Of a DNA stretch of 48,906 nt, positions 1 through 26,113 are shown piece by piece. The stretch comes from Macrostomum lignano (lineage: Eukaryota), in the NCBI GenBank assembly GCA_002269645.1, contig NIVC01002253.1, positions 1 through 48,906 on the forward strand, written 5' to 3'. Every line of letters begins with the position of its first letter. Within the stretch, counting starts at the first letter, position 1. The notes under the pieces were generated by a model that saw only the letters and a list, made by a program, of their open reading frames with translations, did no database searches and was not told the DNA's origin. The position numbers and the translations under genes were made by a program.

Positions 1-29
1 AGTCATTGTTATGGAGACAACACTATTTT

Positions 30-1046
30 GAGGCGCCAAACAAACTGATAGGAGCGCCAAAATTTTGATTTGGTAGGCGCCAAACAAACTGATAGGAGCG
101 CCAAATTTGGATTTGAGTAGGCGCCAAACAAACTGATAGGAGCGCCAAATTTGGATTTGAGTAGGCGCCAAACAAACTGACAGGAGCGCCCAAATTTGGG
201 TTTGAGTAGGCGCCAAACAAACTGACAGGAGCGCCCAAATTTGGTTTGAGTAGGCGCCAAACAAACTGATAGAGCGCCAAATTTGGGTTTGAGTAGGCGC
301 TAAACAAACTGATAGAAGCGCCAAATTTGGATTGAGTAGGCGCCAAACAAACTGACAGGAGCGCCAAATTTGGGTTTGAGTTTGAGTAGGCGCCAAACAA
401 ACTGATAGGAGCGCCAAATTTGGATTTGAGTAGGCGCCAAACAAACTGATAGAAGCGCCAAATTTGGATTCGAGTAGGCGCCAAACAAACTGACAGGAGC
501 GCCCAAATTTGGGTTTGAGTAGGCGCCAAACAAACTGACAGAAGCGCCCAAATTTGGGTTTGAGTAGGCGCCAAACAAACTGATAGAAGCGCCAAATTTG
601 GATTCGAGTAGGCGCCAAACAAACTGACAGGAGCGCCAAATTTGGGTTTGAGTAGGCGCCAAACAAACTGACAGGAGCGCCCAAATTTGGGTTTGAGTTT
701 GAGTAGGCGCCAAACAAACTGATAGAAGCGCCAAATTTGGATTCGAGTAGGCGCCAAACAAACTGACAGGAGCGCCAAATTTTGGGTTTGAGTAGGCGCC
801 AAACAAACTGACAGGAGCGCCCAAATTTGGGTTTGAGTTTGAGTAGGCGCCAAACAAACTGATAGAAGCGCCAAATTTGGATTCGAGTAGGCGCCAAACA
901 AACTGACAGGAGCGCCAAATTTTGGGTTTGAGTAGGCGCCAAACAAACTGACAGGAGCGCCCAAATTTGGGTTTGAGTTTGAGTAGGCGCTAAACAAACT
1001 GATAGGAGCGCCCAAATTTGGGTTTGAGTAGGCGCCATGAACAAAC
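30..1046. repeat. Minisatellite, 44-51 bp unit (GAGTAGGCGCCAAACAAACTGATAGGAGCGCCAAATTTGGATTT), in the DYRK1 intron
   Basis: About 22 near-identical tandem units, with unit starts at 115 and 159 giving a 44-bp period. It explains ORFs 9..260, 23..1015 and 300..857. Confidence 0.97.
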
Positions 1047-1126
1047 TGATAGAAGCGCTAAATTTATGATCCAGTAGGAAAAGATGAATTCTTAAAAAAA
1101 CAAAGCTTATAAAACAAAACACTTAC

Positions 1127-1551
1127 CTCGTTAATAACTTTATAAGTTTTGATTAATTCCACTGTCAATTTAAATACGGGACGCGAGCCGCATTCGCGGA
1201 AGCTACTACTGCTAGTAGATGAGGCTAAAACTCCGCAACCGCCGCCGCCAGGAGGAGCAATGACATTTTGATTAACATTAGCGGCTACCCGATGCAGTAC
1301 AGCGTAATCACTGCCAGCATTAGCGGCAGGTAAATTGTACAGAGATAGCGGATAGCTGCGATTGGTAGAATCCGCCTGCAGTAGCTGATGATGCTGACCT
1401 GCTGCACTGCGGTTGTACCGCCAGTTAATAAATAATCCTGCAGCTGAGCCGGTTTGTTCTCATAGTCTCCGGCAGCTGGCACTCTTGAGCGCAGATTGCT
1501 CAACTGATTGCTGGTGCACAGCTGGCCATATTGGCCAGTTGCGGGACGCAT
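1127..1551 (-). CDS. DYRK1: 5' coding exon of a DYRK1/minibrain-like dual-specificity kinase (gene continues leftward beyond the window; start and frame uncertain)
   Basis: The minus-strand frame open over 1459-1127 ends ...SSFRECGSRPVFKLTVELIKTYKVINE followed by a GAG|GTAAGT donor (intron starts at 1126). This matches the DYRK1A N-terminal motif [26 protein letters not shown] as recalled. The nearest ATG (1551) is in a different frame. The kinase domain is not in the window. Confidence 0.75.
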
Positions 1552-2566
1552 AAATACAATTTATAATATGTACTATCACTGCCAGCCAGTATTTATTAAA
1601 CAATATTCCAGTATGCGATGCTCTTTTCAAGTCTTTGTTTCAGCTGTTAAGTAGTGATCAAGCTTGATTCTTTAGGACTTCTGTGTCTGTGTGCTGTAAC
1701 TTTGCAGTTAATTGATTTTATGTTATTTATAACACAGCAGGATTCTATAGAGTGATATTTTTGGTTTCACAGAAATATGAAAATAAGATTATTATTAAAG
1801 ACTATGAAAATTACATTATCTGGCTATGACAATCATGTTAAATATTGAACCAGTTAAATACAATATTTATTGTCTACAATAAAGATGCTTCTTATTAACC
1901 AATGCCAACTATGTTAGAGGATGAACATATATACAAAACTGTATACACAACTTAATTTTGACCAGATTTGTATCTTACCCAAAAGCTAAGTAAGTACTTA
2001 GAAACTTAAATTTATTGTGAAATTTTGCCAAAAGATAAAAATTGTCTAGAAAAAGTCATCAATTTTGTGATTTACCTTTGGTCCACAATAGTTTATATTA
2101 GCTAGAGTGAACAAATTGGCTAGCAATTTTGCATATATATAAACAACTCATACATCTATTTGATTTACAAACTATTATATAACTTGAGGAAAAACTTTTA
2201 ATAAAAAACCTGATATAAATGTATACTTCGTTTTTATTTACATGATAATAAATTACATCATCCTTTTTGCATAAAAATAACTTGTTTAAAGGCAGATTTA
2301 CAAAAAATAGGACTTCTGTGTTTTTAAAATTAAACAAAAATCCTAAAATCAAACATATAAAGCTATTATATTAGATAATGCAAAGTTAATAAAATAAACT
2401 TTTTAAAAAATTGACAATATTTATCATTTCTAATTTTTAGCTTAATAGTAAAGATAGTAAAGATAATAAAGCTATAAAGTAGTAAAACACTACTTAATTT
2501 AAACCAAAAAGTTATGGAATTCCCTTGGATCAATGGTGTTGAATAATAGGCTCTGTTTTACTATCT

Positions 2567-2912
2567 TGCTATCTGGGATGATGCTTGCTATCTGGGTGGA
2601 TGCTTGCTATCTGGGATGATGCTTGCTATCTAGGGGATGCTTGCTATCTGGGTGGATGCTTGCTATCTAGGTGGATGCTTGCTATCTAGGTGGATGCTTG
2701 CTATCTGGGATGATGCTTGCTATCTGGGGGATGCTTGCTATCTGGGATGATGCTTGCTATCTGGGATGATGCTTGCTATCTGGGGATGCTTGCTATCTGG
2801 GGGATGCTTGCTATCTGGGTGGATGCTTGCTATCTGGGTGGATGCTTGCTATCTGGGTGGATACTTGCTATCTGGGTGGATGCTTGCTATCTGGGGGATG
2901 CTTGCTGTCTTG
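2567..2912. repeat. Minisatellite, 18-19 bp unit ATGCTTGCTATCTGGG(A/T)(T/G)G
   Basis: Unit starts at 2581, 2600 and 2619, about 18 copies. Confidence 0.96.
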
Positions 2913-3895
2913 GGAATATTTTTTATTTAGGAAGAATGTCTGTTGGCTCATTCCATATAAGCACGGTCGTAACATGACAGGCTACTTTTACTTATAAAAT
3001 GAAATCTAATAATAGAATATAATAAACCAATATTTTAAATGAAAGATTATTTTGTCTAGAATATATTTATAGAGTTTCATATAAATGTCATCATTAGTAT
3101 AGACTATGCTAATAAACCTTAAATGACACTTATGGTCATAACGACAGGATTTTTGACATATAAAAACTAAAAGGTAAAAGTCATAACATTTTTCATTTTT
3201 TATATTTTGCAATACATTTTTAAAATTTGACTAAGAACATCTTTAGAAATCATACTCTTTTATTAGAATATATAAACTCAAAGGCAACAAAGATACAAAA
3301 GAAAAGGCAGCCTTATGGTCCTAACATTATGGTCGTAACATATTTTTTCTGTCAATTCAGTAACTTTGAGGTACTAATACATTAAAAATATAATAGATTA
3401 TTTGGTCACCAATGCTTTTATCTGATGATGCAAGTACTATACTTTTATCTATAGTTTGTTTTAACCTTCAAAAGCTTTTTATTTGTTTTTAAAAGGTACA
3501 AAATCTTTACAAAATTTTTACAAAAATGACTTTTTGCCATTTGATAACATACTAATCCAACATTTTACCATTCCTTTATATTCTTAGATTGTATATATTG
3601 TACATAAAAAACATTTGGTAAAAAATAGGATAATAAGGCAATGGCAAGCAAAAATATTGACTTTTTTATTTTCTAAATATGTCCATCTTATATGGAATGA
3701 GCCTGTTAGCTTTGTGAAAGCTATATTTTGTTGTCTGTTTGTTAATTTAAGAAAAAAGAGATTTATAGCAAACATCTTTGTCTGTGACAATTTTACATGA
3801 ATAAGGTAATTTTTAAAATTAAAGAAAGAATTGGTTCTTAAGAATATGTGCTTTTTAATTGTTTTCCATGAACTATTTTTGCTCCTTGCTTATTG

Positions 3896-3922
3896 GGCAC
3901 CCCGAAGGGGGGCCACACTAGT
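3896..3922 (+). mobile_element. Possible Helitron 3' terminus (GC hairpin + CTAG|T)
   Basis: GGC-A-CCCC-GAA-GGGG-G-GCC stem-loop (3896-3914) followed by ACA-CTAG-T (3918-3922) in otherwise very AT-rich DNA. The 5' TC end was not located. Confidence 0.4.
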
Positions 3923-5450
3923 AATTCCTAACCCTATTCATTAGCCCTTATAGCTTATCTAAATTTTTATTTTAGGTATTCATGACATTTTATTCCTATT
4001 TAAGTATTTAATGATTCTTTAATTATTGTTTGAGTTTTTAAAGCTTCTTTTTCTTATTTATGACTTTATATATTCTAATTACTTTTTTCTCTTTAAAAAT
4101 TCTATACTTGTATCTAATTGGGTTTTCAAGCTTTTCTTCTACTTAACACTTTTGAAATGACTAATGTTCTAGTCTTAGATCTTGAAAACTTTCATATTTT
4201 GATAAGATACCTAATTGGCAAAATTAGTTAAGTATTGGAACAAATAGAACATAGGTTTTAAAAGGTATATTTTATTTTACTTAGATGTAGGCTTTATTTA
4301 TATATCTTAGTTGGAAAGAGCCATCAGCCATTCAAAAAGGCTATTATTAGCTAGTATGCATTTAAACAAATGGTAGATTTAAACAAAAAAAACTTATAAC
4401 AAAAAACTATAAATTAGTTAATATAATATAAAATACACCTTTTAATGGTATATACCTTTAATGGTACCTTTTAATGGTAATCATGGTTTCTTGCTATTAT
4501 AATAAGGTATTAATAAAAATATAATACTTTATCTTGTTAAATTAGCTTTATTGCTAGCAATTAGGATTGGCATTTGACAATAAAGCTTTATATTTACTTT
4601 TTTTAATGTTAAAAATGTTTACTAATTTAGTAATAGGAGGAAAAAAAGAAACTAAAGTAAAAAATTGACAATATTGAAAATGGCAAAAAATGGGATTCTT
4701 AAAACTTCATGGCCCATGTGCAAAAAAATGAAATTTCTAGTTTTTCAATCTATATGCAGACATAAATAAAAAAAATTACTCCAATTGTAAAGTAGCTTAA
4801 ATGCTATATTTTTTAATGCCATCTTCCACGAGGGTAAGATGCTCTTCCAGGAAAGTCTGCACCTCGACCGCCTAGGTAGGACGTAGGAGTAGGACTACGC
4901 GTCTCTAAGTATAAAAAACACTCGGCCAAAAAATTCGTTTCTACTGTGTGTTTTTCAGCATGACATTATAGGCCAAAGAAACTCTTTGAGAAACACTAGA
5001 AGCAACTGGCTGGCTTTTTAAGCCATGTGAGTGTGAGGCACTGTGAGCCTACATATGCAGTTTGACACAATCGATTTACTTTAAATTTTTTAAATAAGTC
5101 GTAGTAGTAGTAGTAGTAGTAAATTTGGCTCAGGCTTAAGGAGCCTGTTTTGCCAGTATAATCCGATGTATTTAGTATTTGTTCAAAAGTCGAAATGGTT
5201 TATTTGGAAGTTTTAAATTCGTCCCAAAAACATCGAAAACACCTACTATAACGATATTAAAAGTTTTTTAATGCAGAAAAACATTAGAACTAAATTAAAC
5301 AATTTTTTGGTTGTAGAAAAAGTTTTCACTTAAAATCTATCTATTTCTTCAAATGGCAGAAAGTATATTTTAAAAACTATATTTTCTAAGAACGCTTATT
5401 TTCCTGCTGCACGTATAACCCAAGTCCTGAGTCCTAAGTATACTTCCACG

Positions 5451-5697
5451 ACAATTGCCTGCGCGACAACTGCCTGCACGACAACTGCCTGCGACGACTG
5501 TGGAGTGTGGAGACAAACGTATGCTAGCTGAGCTTGTTTAATAACTCAGAGCGTATTATCATAGTTATTATCAGTAATTAGAAGAAAAACTAAAATATCA
5601 AACAGCGAAAAAACAGGTTTTTGTGTAATGAATTCAAAGTATGTTATAACTTGAACAAAAGCAGTTGTTGCGCAGGCAGTTGTGTGCAGGCAATTGT
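5451..5697. mobile_element. Small inverted-repeat element (MITE-like) with subrepeated arms
   Basis: ACAATTGCCTGCGCGACAACTGCCTGCACGACAACTGC at 5451 is the near reverse complement of GCAGTTGTTGCGCAGGCAGTTGTGTGCAGGCAATTGT ending at 5697. No TSD was found. Confidence 0.5.
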
Positions 5698-6236
5698 AGT
5701 GCTACCATCAAATATTTCCTATCTATTTCTATAGTTTTGAATGTTAAAGCATTAGAAAATTTAAAAAATCGACACTTACTTAGTCTTAAGAATATTGTAA
5801 GAGGTCAAAAAGCTTATAATAACTTAGTAATTATCCTATTTAGTAATTATAGTTGCTAAGAACTTTGGTTTTGCTATAATTTCATTTGGAATGTTATGCA
5901 TAGAAACTGGTAAAAAATATATATATAGAAACTGTTATGCATAGAAACTGGCTCTTAATATTTTTTCAAAATATAGCTATGATTAGCCCTATAGAAATAT
6001 AATGATTTCGATTTAGAAAAAAACCCTAGTTTTGCTTCTAACTATGCTTATATGGCTATAGATAGTTGTCTATCTGTCTCTAGACAACTATCCTCTAGAG
6101 ACATAGTATAGTTGTCCTCTACTATAACAAAAGCTAATTTAGTAACAATTTATTTGTGTTAAGGATAACTTAGGACAGGTGAGAAAATATAATGTTTTTA
6201 TTTAATCAGTTTCTTAATTTTTTGTAGGGCACAATT

Positions 6237-9002
6237 ATGTATAAACTCTTGTTTCTGAAACTAAAATGCATATATATTTCTCATTACAGTATGTTCAAAT
6301 ATATGCTTATTCCAGTCCAAAGTGCAATGAGAATTATTAAAATGATGACAATAGCTAGTGCTAGTGGCACTATTGCATATTCTTCTTGGCTAGCTTTTCG
6401 ACCACTGACTAATGAAGAGAAGGCTAATTGGAATGCGATCTACATGGAGGACTCATCTATTAGGGTATGAGTGATATTTGAACTACATTTTTAATAACTT
6501 ACTAATTAGATAGCAAGTCATCTAACACTCATCATAAAGTAAAAGTTGCTCCCGCCTTTTACCCTTTTTGTACAAAAAGCTTCGAGTTTATCGTCGTCTA
6601 CCATTAAATGCGCTATCCCGACTGTGGGGTCGCTGCCAGCATGTCGAGCTGCCTGAATTCGCTCGCCAACCAGCCTACAGCCTGTATGCCCGATTGTTCC
6701 ATTGCAATTTAACTGAAGTGGCTAACAGTGACTTGACTGGGTACAGGAATCTGTCAGAATTCTTCAGGCGAGAGCTGCGACCCGATGCAAGACCTGTGGC
6801 AGCGAAAGTGGGCCTGGTGGCGCCCGCTGATGGCTTGGTGCTGCATCTGGGTCGGGCCGAACCTGATGGACGCCTGGAACAAGTCAAGGGTGTCGATTAT
6901 ACACTGCAGGTAGTCAGGGTGCTTGGATAGAGTAGATGTAGCTTGCAGATAGATGCTGTGAATTGCAGATAGCTAGATGCAGTAGATTGCTGATAGATAG
7001 AGTAGATTGCAGATAGATTCAGTAGATTGCAGATAGATTCAGTAGATTGCAGATAGATTCAGTAGATTGTAGACAGATTCAGTAGATTGCAGATAGATTC
7101 AGTAGGTTGCAGATAGATTCAGTAGGTTGCAGATAGATTCAGTAGGTTGCAGATAGATTCAGTAGGTTGCAGATAGATTCAGTAGGTTGCAGATAGATTC
7201 AGTAGGTTGCAGATGGATTCAGTAGGTTGCAGATAGATTCAGTAGGTTGCAGATAGATTCAGTAGGTTGCAGATGGATTCAGTAGGTTGCAGATAGATGC
7301 TGTGGATTACAGATAGATACAGTAGATTGCAGATAGATGCTGTGGATTGCAGATAGATACAGTAGATTGCAGATAGATGCTGTGGATTGCAGATAGATAC
7401 AGTAGATTGCAAATAGATGCTGTGGATTGCAGATAGATACAGCAGATTGTAGATAGATGCTTTGGATTGCAGATAGATACAGTAGATTGTAGATAGATGC
7501 TGTGGATTGCAGATAGATACAGTAGATTGCAGATAGATGCTGTGGATTGCAGATAGATACAGTAGATTGCAGATAGATGCTGTGGATTGCAGATAGATTC
7601 AGTAGGTTGCAGATGGATGCAGTAGATTGCAGATAGATGCAGTAGATTGCAGATAGATACAGCAGATTGTAGATATATGCTGTGGATTGCAGATAGTCTA
7701 TGAGATAGATACATTATATTGCGGATAAATGCAGTAGATTGTAGATAGATAAAGTAGACTTCATATAAAACACTCGTAAATAGATATAACGTTTATTCTA
7801 ATTATAAATTTTCGCTTTTTTCGATTGCTTTAATACACCGAAGTATTAATAATCGCTAAAAATCTGCCCCATGCAGAGCTTTCTCGGTCCGTTGTCCTCC
7901 GACAACTCAAACCCGCGCCTACCCGACTCAGAATATTACTCCCGATTGAAGACTCACTCATCAGGCAGCAGCCTGTACCACTGCGTCATCTATCTTTCGC
8001 CCGGCGATTATCATCGATTCCATTCGCCGACAGATTGGCAGGCGTCAAGACGGCGTCACTATCCCGGCTATTTGATGTCCGTGTCGCCTGGCGTGGCCGG
8101 GCTTGTCCGAGGCCTGTTCTGCTTGAACGAGCGAGCCGTGTTCACCGGCAGCTGGAGGCACGGATTCTTTGCTTATGCCGCGGTTGGCGCTACCAATGTG
8201 GGAAATATTCGAGTCTATGCGGATCAGGTGAGGGATGGTTAAAACTTGAGCATAAATTTATTTCGAAAGATACTTTCAAAATTTGGCGTATCTCTTCAAA
8301 ATCCTCAATTAATATGAGGTTTGATTCATGCTTAAAGATCTCTGAAGAAGCTTGGAGAGCCTCCCAGATCCTCAGTTGATGGGCCAGCCTCCCAGAGTGT
8401 CAGCTGCTGGGCCAGCCTCACAAATCCTCAGCTGCTGGGCCAGCCTCCCAGATCCTCAGATGCTGGGCCAGCCTCCCAGATCCTCAGTTGCTGGGCCAGC
8501 CTCCCAGATCCTCAGATGCTGGGCCAGCCTCCCAGATTCTCAGTTGCTGGGCCAGCCTCTAAGATCCTCAGTTGCTGGGCCACCAGCCTCCCAGATCCTC
8601 AGTTGCTGGGCCACCAGCCTCCCAGATCCTCAGTTGATGGACCAGCCTCCCAGATCATTAGTTGCTGGGCCAGCCTTCCAGATCCTCTGCAGTTTCTGGT
8701 CCCAAATGTTCGTATCAAAAAGCCAACGATCTGAAGCAGTTATTCCAACTAAGCTCATAAAGAACTGTCTATGGCCCCAACCGCAGGACCTAGTCACCAA
8801 TGCAGGCGGTCCGCTGGCTCCCTACCGAGATTTGGATTTGCAGTCTAAGCAGGGCGGCCTACGGCTTAGTAAAGGTGAACTGTTTGGCGAATTCGATCTG
8901 GGCAGCACTATAGTGCTGGTGTTTGAAGCTCCGGACAATTTCGAGTTTAAAGTGCATCCGGGTCAACGAGTTCGAGTTGGAGAGGCTTTAAGTAACTTGT
9001 GA
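6237..9002 (+). CDS. PISD: Phosphatidylserine decarboxylase proenzyme (mitochondrial type), 4 exons, ~374 aa
   Basis: Exons 6237-6464, 6580-6909, 7877-8227 and 8787-9002, all phase-0 GT-AG, total 1125 nt. Motifs: YRRLPLNALSRLWG, NLSEFFRRELRPDARP, APADG, YTLQ|SFLGP, IYLSPGDYHRFHSPTDW, VGATNVGNI and the autocleavage site GEFDLG|STIVLVFEAP. AATAAA at 9123. The exact start Met is uncertain. Confidence 0.95.
6940..7700. repeat. Minisatellite, 20-bp unit (AGTAGGTTGCAGATAGATTC) with 40-bp dimeric variant, PISD intron 2
   Basis: Exact 20-bp periodicity over 7081-7300, then alternating AGTAG/TGTGG units. Confidence 0.97.
8354..8685. repeat. Minisatellite, ~28-bp unit (GGGCCAGCCTCCCAGATCCTCAGTTGCT), PISD intron 3
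   Basis: About 11 tandem copies, producing the spurious N-terminal part of ORF 8352..9002. Confidence 0.95.
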
Positions 9003-9649
9003 GGCAGCGAGATTAGAGTTGATTGATTGAAGGCGTTTCTCTTGGACTGGCGACTACCGATATGTAAAGTAGAAAGCTTAGCGCAATTCCTTACGAAGTT
9101 TTGTATTCCAGTTTTTTGTATTAATAAACATAAATTTATCGTGGCTATGTGAAAATATTAATCCTTATGTTGCTATTTTATGATGGAAAAACCTATTGGT
9201 TGTTCCGCTTGTCTATTATATTTTCTGTACTATGTTACGCATATGTCTGTGTCTTTCAAGCATTTAAAAAAAAGCATTAAAATTCAGAAAGATCTTGCAA
9301 AGTACACATTGCGGTGCTTTAAAGAAGCTTTTTCGTGTTCAAAATCGCTCTTCATTTGTGATATTTCTTTTTATTTTTAAATTGAATATGCAATACGGGA
9401 CAGAAACATTTACAGATTTGAATTTCATGCAATCTTAAATACGATTTATAAAGCTTGCGGAGCTTCAGCAGGTGAATCTGTGCTTAATTTTCTATTGGCT
9501 GAAATGTCACGTGCTGGGGTGATCAGAGGCAAGAGCGTAGAATTTCTAAAAATAGCAACAGTATCATCCAATGAAATCTCTACAGATAGGTTGGTTCATT
9601 CAAGCGTTAATTAGCCCCGTAGCCAATCACAGCCGTCCTGCAGCCGGCT

Positions 9650-24264
<14,615 letters not shown>

Positions 24265-26113
24265 AGCATAAATAAAAACAGGAATAGATTCTATTTTATG
24301 CACAAGATAACCAGAAACTATTACTCTTCTTTCCATATTAGAAAAACTTTACAATCTATCTAGTTATTTAAGTACCTGTTTAAAATTGTTAAAAAATGAG
24401 TATTTATGCATGCTGCCGCATATTATTTAACTATATCGTATTCTATATAATATTATTCCCTGCTGATAAATGATAATACTTTCATTTTGGGTATTAAAAA
24501 AATATTAATTTGTTTTTAATTTTTAACTAACTTTTACTATAGCTTTTACTAAAAGTTTTTATAATGCTATAAAAACCGATAGCTTAAACTGCTTTTTTTT
24601 CATAATAAATTTTTAAATTAAGATTACCGCACTTAGCAGTAGAGAATGAATTTGTAAGTTATTAAACAGAACTTGTAAGCACTTATTATAGAATGAATTT
24701 GCTCAAAAAGTTTTTAATTATTTAAGTGCAAAACATACCGCTCCTAAAATAAGTTTTAATTTAAAATATAAAGTTTTAATCTGCATCTGATCTTGATTAG
24801 GTTGTAGATTTTCAATAATATGTCTGTAGGACTGCAGAATTACTAAAACATAAAAGTCGAGCATCATTGAATGTCAACCTTTATATGAAACTAATATCTA
24901 AAGAAAATTAACATAAAGCAACGAGGGCTGCACATAACTGCAGAATAAAACAGCATTATACACAAATATGTCGGATTTTTTCGCTGAGTTTGCGGAAAGA
25001 TTCTCTAAAATAAATTTTTGGCAAAGAAGTTAAAACGACCATCTAATGCTATGCCGATTGACTATTTTTAAAAGATCTTTTACAGAAAATTGTATAAGTC
25101 ATTTCTTGTTGTTAAGAACAAATTTATACTTTGATGCATGAAGTTTTCTGACATTTGATTGTATTGTTTTGTTATTCTCTTCTGTCTAAAACCCCGGCAG
25201 ATTATGTACAGGTTGTGTCGATTATAAACATGAAATTAAATTGATAAATGCGAGTGATGAAATATCCCGCCGTGCTGACATTAGCCTATACTTCTTATTA
25301 ATGATAAAATAATGATAAAATTATTTCGAAAAAAATTCTGTCTTTGAGTACGCCTAATCGCTATTAGTGTATTAGTACTTTCTGTGAGTTGAGATAACCG
25401 TGGCGTTGTCAAATACATGCTGTATGCGTGAGCAATATTTACGAGTACTACGTACACTCGTAAATATTGCTACTATTGCAGCAATGCACCCACATCATGT
25501 AACATGCATGGTTAATGTTAAAGTTATCTTTAATTTATTGATCTGTCTGTTGTACATATTGTATACGTATAATTCATGTACGTATAATTCATGTTGTACG
25601 TCGGATAAAACGATTTCACAATATAATAATGAATTGTCATTTAACAGTAAGATACCAATACCAAGCTAGTAGTGGTACCATTATTACATGGACAAGTACA
25701 TGTACACGCAGTAATAATATGTAGGTAACACGTAGTTATAGACAGTGTAGCTTAATTGCATGCAACCATTGCATTACCTTCAACAAAAAATAGTATCTCT
25801 TTTAACTAGCCTGTACGAGCGTATTTGACTAGAATTTCTATTGTGCAGCTGTACATGCAGAGGCAGGTCATTGCCGGCCAGCTGCACTGGCTGACAGTAA
25901 GTAAAGCTGTGCAAGCATGCCATGTACGTAACTGTCAATTAAACTTGAATTTACACTATTGTACTTGCTGCTACTGCACTGCAAGAGATGCTGCAAAAGT
26001 GTAGGGCTGGGTTAACACAGCCGTTTTATATAAACAGAAGGTTTGACTCTCCTCAGTATAGCGCAGAAGAATACCTTCAACCATCTACAAAAGTAAGTTT
26101 TCTTCAATTTAAA

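Noticed and set aside
1392-1420. A 17-nt GT..AG micro-intron (GTACAACCGCAGTGCAG) that would fix the DYRK1 frame
   Set aside because: It is far shorter than the introns in the gene models here (93 nt and up) and has poor splice context.
8352-8786. Repeat-encoded extension of PISD exon 4
   Set aside because: Intron 3 is 559 nt, so retention shifts the frame, and the 8227-8787 junction restores the conserved ADQ|DLVTN alignment.
9490-9630. CCAAT boxes and GTCACGTG E-box as a promoter for ORF 9571..10068 (+)
   Set aside because: The ORF has no recognisable motifs and lies antisense to the predicted SANBR last exon and 3' UTR. Short motifs alone are insufficient.
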